From Eledone cirrhosa (Eukaryota): a stretch of DNA of 64,000 bases. The DNA lies in the NCBI GenBank assembly GCA_964016885.1, contig CAXHJY010000944.1, positions 9,567-73,566 on the forward strand, in the 5' to 3' direction. Of the stretch, positions 61,157-64,000 are shown one piece after another. The notes under the pieces are model-generated. The model searched no databases and was not told the DNA's origin. It saw nothing but the letters and a program-made list of their open reading frames with translations. Both the position numbers and the translations under genes were made by a program. Positions within the stretch are counted from its first letter, which is position 1. Each line of letters begins with the position of its first letter.

Positions 61157-61968
61157 AAAAATAATGAATAAAACAATGAAACAGTTCCTTATATTAAACA
61201 AAAAAAGTTCATTATTTAACGATCGTTTCTAGGACATATATGTGTTAGAATTGGCATGCATATTCAACAGATCTATGTACAAAATTATACAAAATTATAC
61301 AAACTGGACCTAAATATATGTGGCAGTGCTTATGTGCGTGCCTTAATGTCCATATGCTTATGATAATAATATATACACATATATGTGTGTGTGTGTGTGT
61401 GTGGGTGTGTGTGTGTGTGTGTATGTTCGTGGTTATGTGTATGTTTATGCGTATATGCGCGTGTGTGTGTGAATGTATGTTTATGTGTGTATATATGAAT
61501 GTATATATGTTTATATACGTATATGTATTTTATCTGTAGATTATAAACATACAGAGACATTAGCCCTGAATTTTTGTATTTACATACATTTTTTCAACAT
61601 GCGTATGCATGTGAACATATATTTTTATGCATATATGTGAACGAAGTTACTTACATATATACACACACCTAACTGTATTTTCTGGACATATTTCTGTGTA
61701 TTTCGTTGGTCAATTTGAACTCTGTTCCCAAACAGACCTGTAATTTTGAATTGTTGTTATTATCAATAAATATATTTCATTATTTCTGAAGACGGCATAT
61801 ATATGTGTTGGTATGTATATTAAATTTGATAGTTTGTATAATTTTGTACATAGATCTGTTGAATATGCATGCCAATTCTAACACATATATGTCCTAGAAA
61901 CGATCGTTAAATAATGAACTTTTTTTGTTTAATATAAGGAACTGTTTCATTGTTTTATTCATTATTTT
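61157..61968. mobile_element. Non-coding element with ~137-bp inverted repeats (61157-61293 / 61833-61968) inside (TA)n
   Basis: AAAAATAATGAATAAAACAATGAAACAGTTCC...GTACAAAATTATACAAA is the reverse complement of TTTGTATAATTTTGTAC...TTCATTATTTTT. Confidence 0.85.
61776..61918 (+). ncRNA. Type-I hammerhead-like motif with long stem II
   Basis: Stem I TTCATTATTT/AAATAATGAA (10 bp perfect), CTGAAGA 61786-61792, stem II GGCATATATATGTGTTGG...CTAACACATATATGTC, GAAA 61897-61900, palindromic ACGATCGT, site GUU. Confidence 0.7.
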
Positions 61969-62112
61969 TTTAATATTTTATCTTGACTCTGTATTCCGTT
62001 TATCTTTCACCGAAAGTGATTTTTGAATGCATCTCTTCTTTCCATGATATCCGGATTACATTGAGTTCTTCATACGGATTGGACACTACCGTAAACTCTT
62101 GGTAGATTTATC

Positions 62113-62156
<44 letters not shown>

Positions 62157-62209
62157 CTATAGATATATATATAGATATATATAATATATATCTATATATC
62201 TATATATAT

Positions 62210-62303
<94 letters not shown>

Positions 62304-62336
62304 TATATATATAATATATATATATATCTATATATA

Positions 62337-62369
<33 letters not shown>

Positions 62370-62370
62370 C

Positions 62371-62839
<469 letters not shown>

Positions 62840-62889
62840 TAATATATATATATATAATATATATAATATATATAATATATATATATATA

Positions 62890-62932
<43 letters not shown>

Positions 62933-62940
62933 TAATATAT

Positions 62941-62989
<49 letters not shown>

Positions 62990-63002
62990 ATATATAATAT
63001 AT

Positions 63003-63044
<42 letters not shown>

Positions 63045-63075
63045 ATATATATAATATATATATAATATATAATAT

Positions 63076-63199
<124 letters not shown>

Positions 63200-63776
63200 A
63201 TATATATCTCTCTCTATATCTATATATATATAATATATATCAATATATATATAATATATATCTATATATATATAATATATATCTATATATATATAATATA
63301 TATCTATATATATATAATATATATCTATATATATATAATATATATCTATATATATATAATATATATCTATATATATATAATATATATCTATATATATATA
63401 ATATATATCTATATATATAATATATATATCTATATATATAATATATATCTATATATATATAATATATATCTATATATATATAATATATATCTATATATAT
63501 ATAATATATATCTATATATATATAATATATATCTATATATATATAATATATATCTATATATATATAATATATATCTATATATATATAATATATATCTATA
63601 TATATATAATATATATCTATATATATATAATATATATCTATATATATATAATATATATCTATATATATATAATATATATCTATATATATATAATATATAT
63701 CTATATATATTATCTATATATATAATATATATATATAATATATATATATATATAATATATAATATATATATAAATA

Positions 63777-64000
63777 TGTGTAAATGTGCGTGAACGACCC
63801 AGCATAAATGTGTTGAGAGAGAAACTGTGTCTGAGAGGGATAGAATGTAGTGTACGGGAGAGGAGACTGAGGTGGTATGGAGATGTGATGCCCATGGAGG
63901 ATGACCGATGGGTGAAGAAGTGCCAGGAAATGCCAGTTGAAGGAAGACGTGGTAGAGGTAGACCACGAAAAACATGGGCGGAGGTGGTGAGAACAGACCT
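63777..64000 (+). pseudogene. RTE family-C fragment (runs off the window end)
   Basis: Nucleotide match to 34686-34907. Confidence 0.92.

Overview
Eukaryotic, AT-rich, repeat-saturated animal DNA. The SINE and RTE families and the huge (TA)n/(CA)n tracts suggest a cephalopod such as Octopus; this is inference only. I see no host protein-coding exon, rRNA, true tRNA or CRISPR array. The window holds three near-full-length retroelements: (1) an intact Tx1/L1-clade LINE (27.46-33.09 kb; zinc-knuckle ORF1 and APE-RT-zinc-finger ORF2) sitting in a 72-bp minisatellite that itself lies inside a TTAA-flanked MITE; (2) a CR1/L2-group LINE (45.77-50.44 kb) whose ORF1 has an unusual Myb/SANT-like + polyQ + two-CCCH layout and a -1 slippery heptamer in phase with the ORF2 N-terminus; (3) a Penelope-like element (50.56-55.08 kb, minus) with near-identical pseudo-LTRs, RT, GIY-YIG endonuclease, a long Asn-rich insert and one frameshift. 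Around them are truncated RTE, Tx1, PLE and RLE-type LINE pieces, tRNA-derived SINEs, piggyBac-like MITEs, a small Helitron-like element and many satellites. The most interesting unexplained signal is about a dozen type-I hammerhead-ribozyme-like motifs (CTGANGA...stem II...GAAA). Three are in PLE pseudo-LTRs. Most of the rest are in short non-coding fold-back (palindromic) elements in or near (TA)n, which look like non-autonomous PLE-dependent, retrozyme-like elements. All folding and alignment was done by eye and needs computational confirmation.
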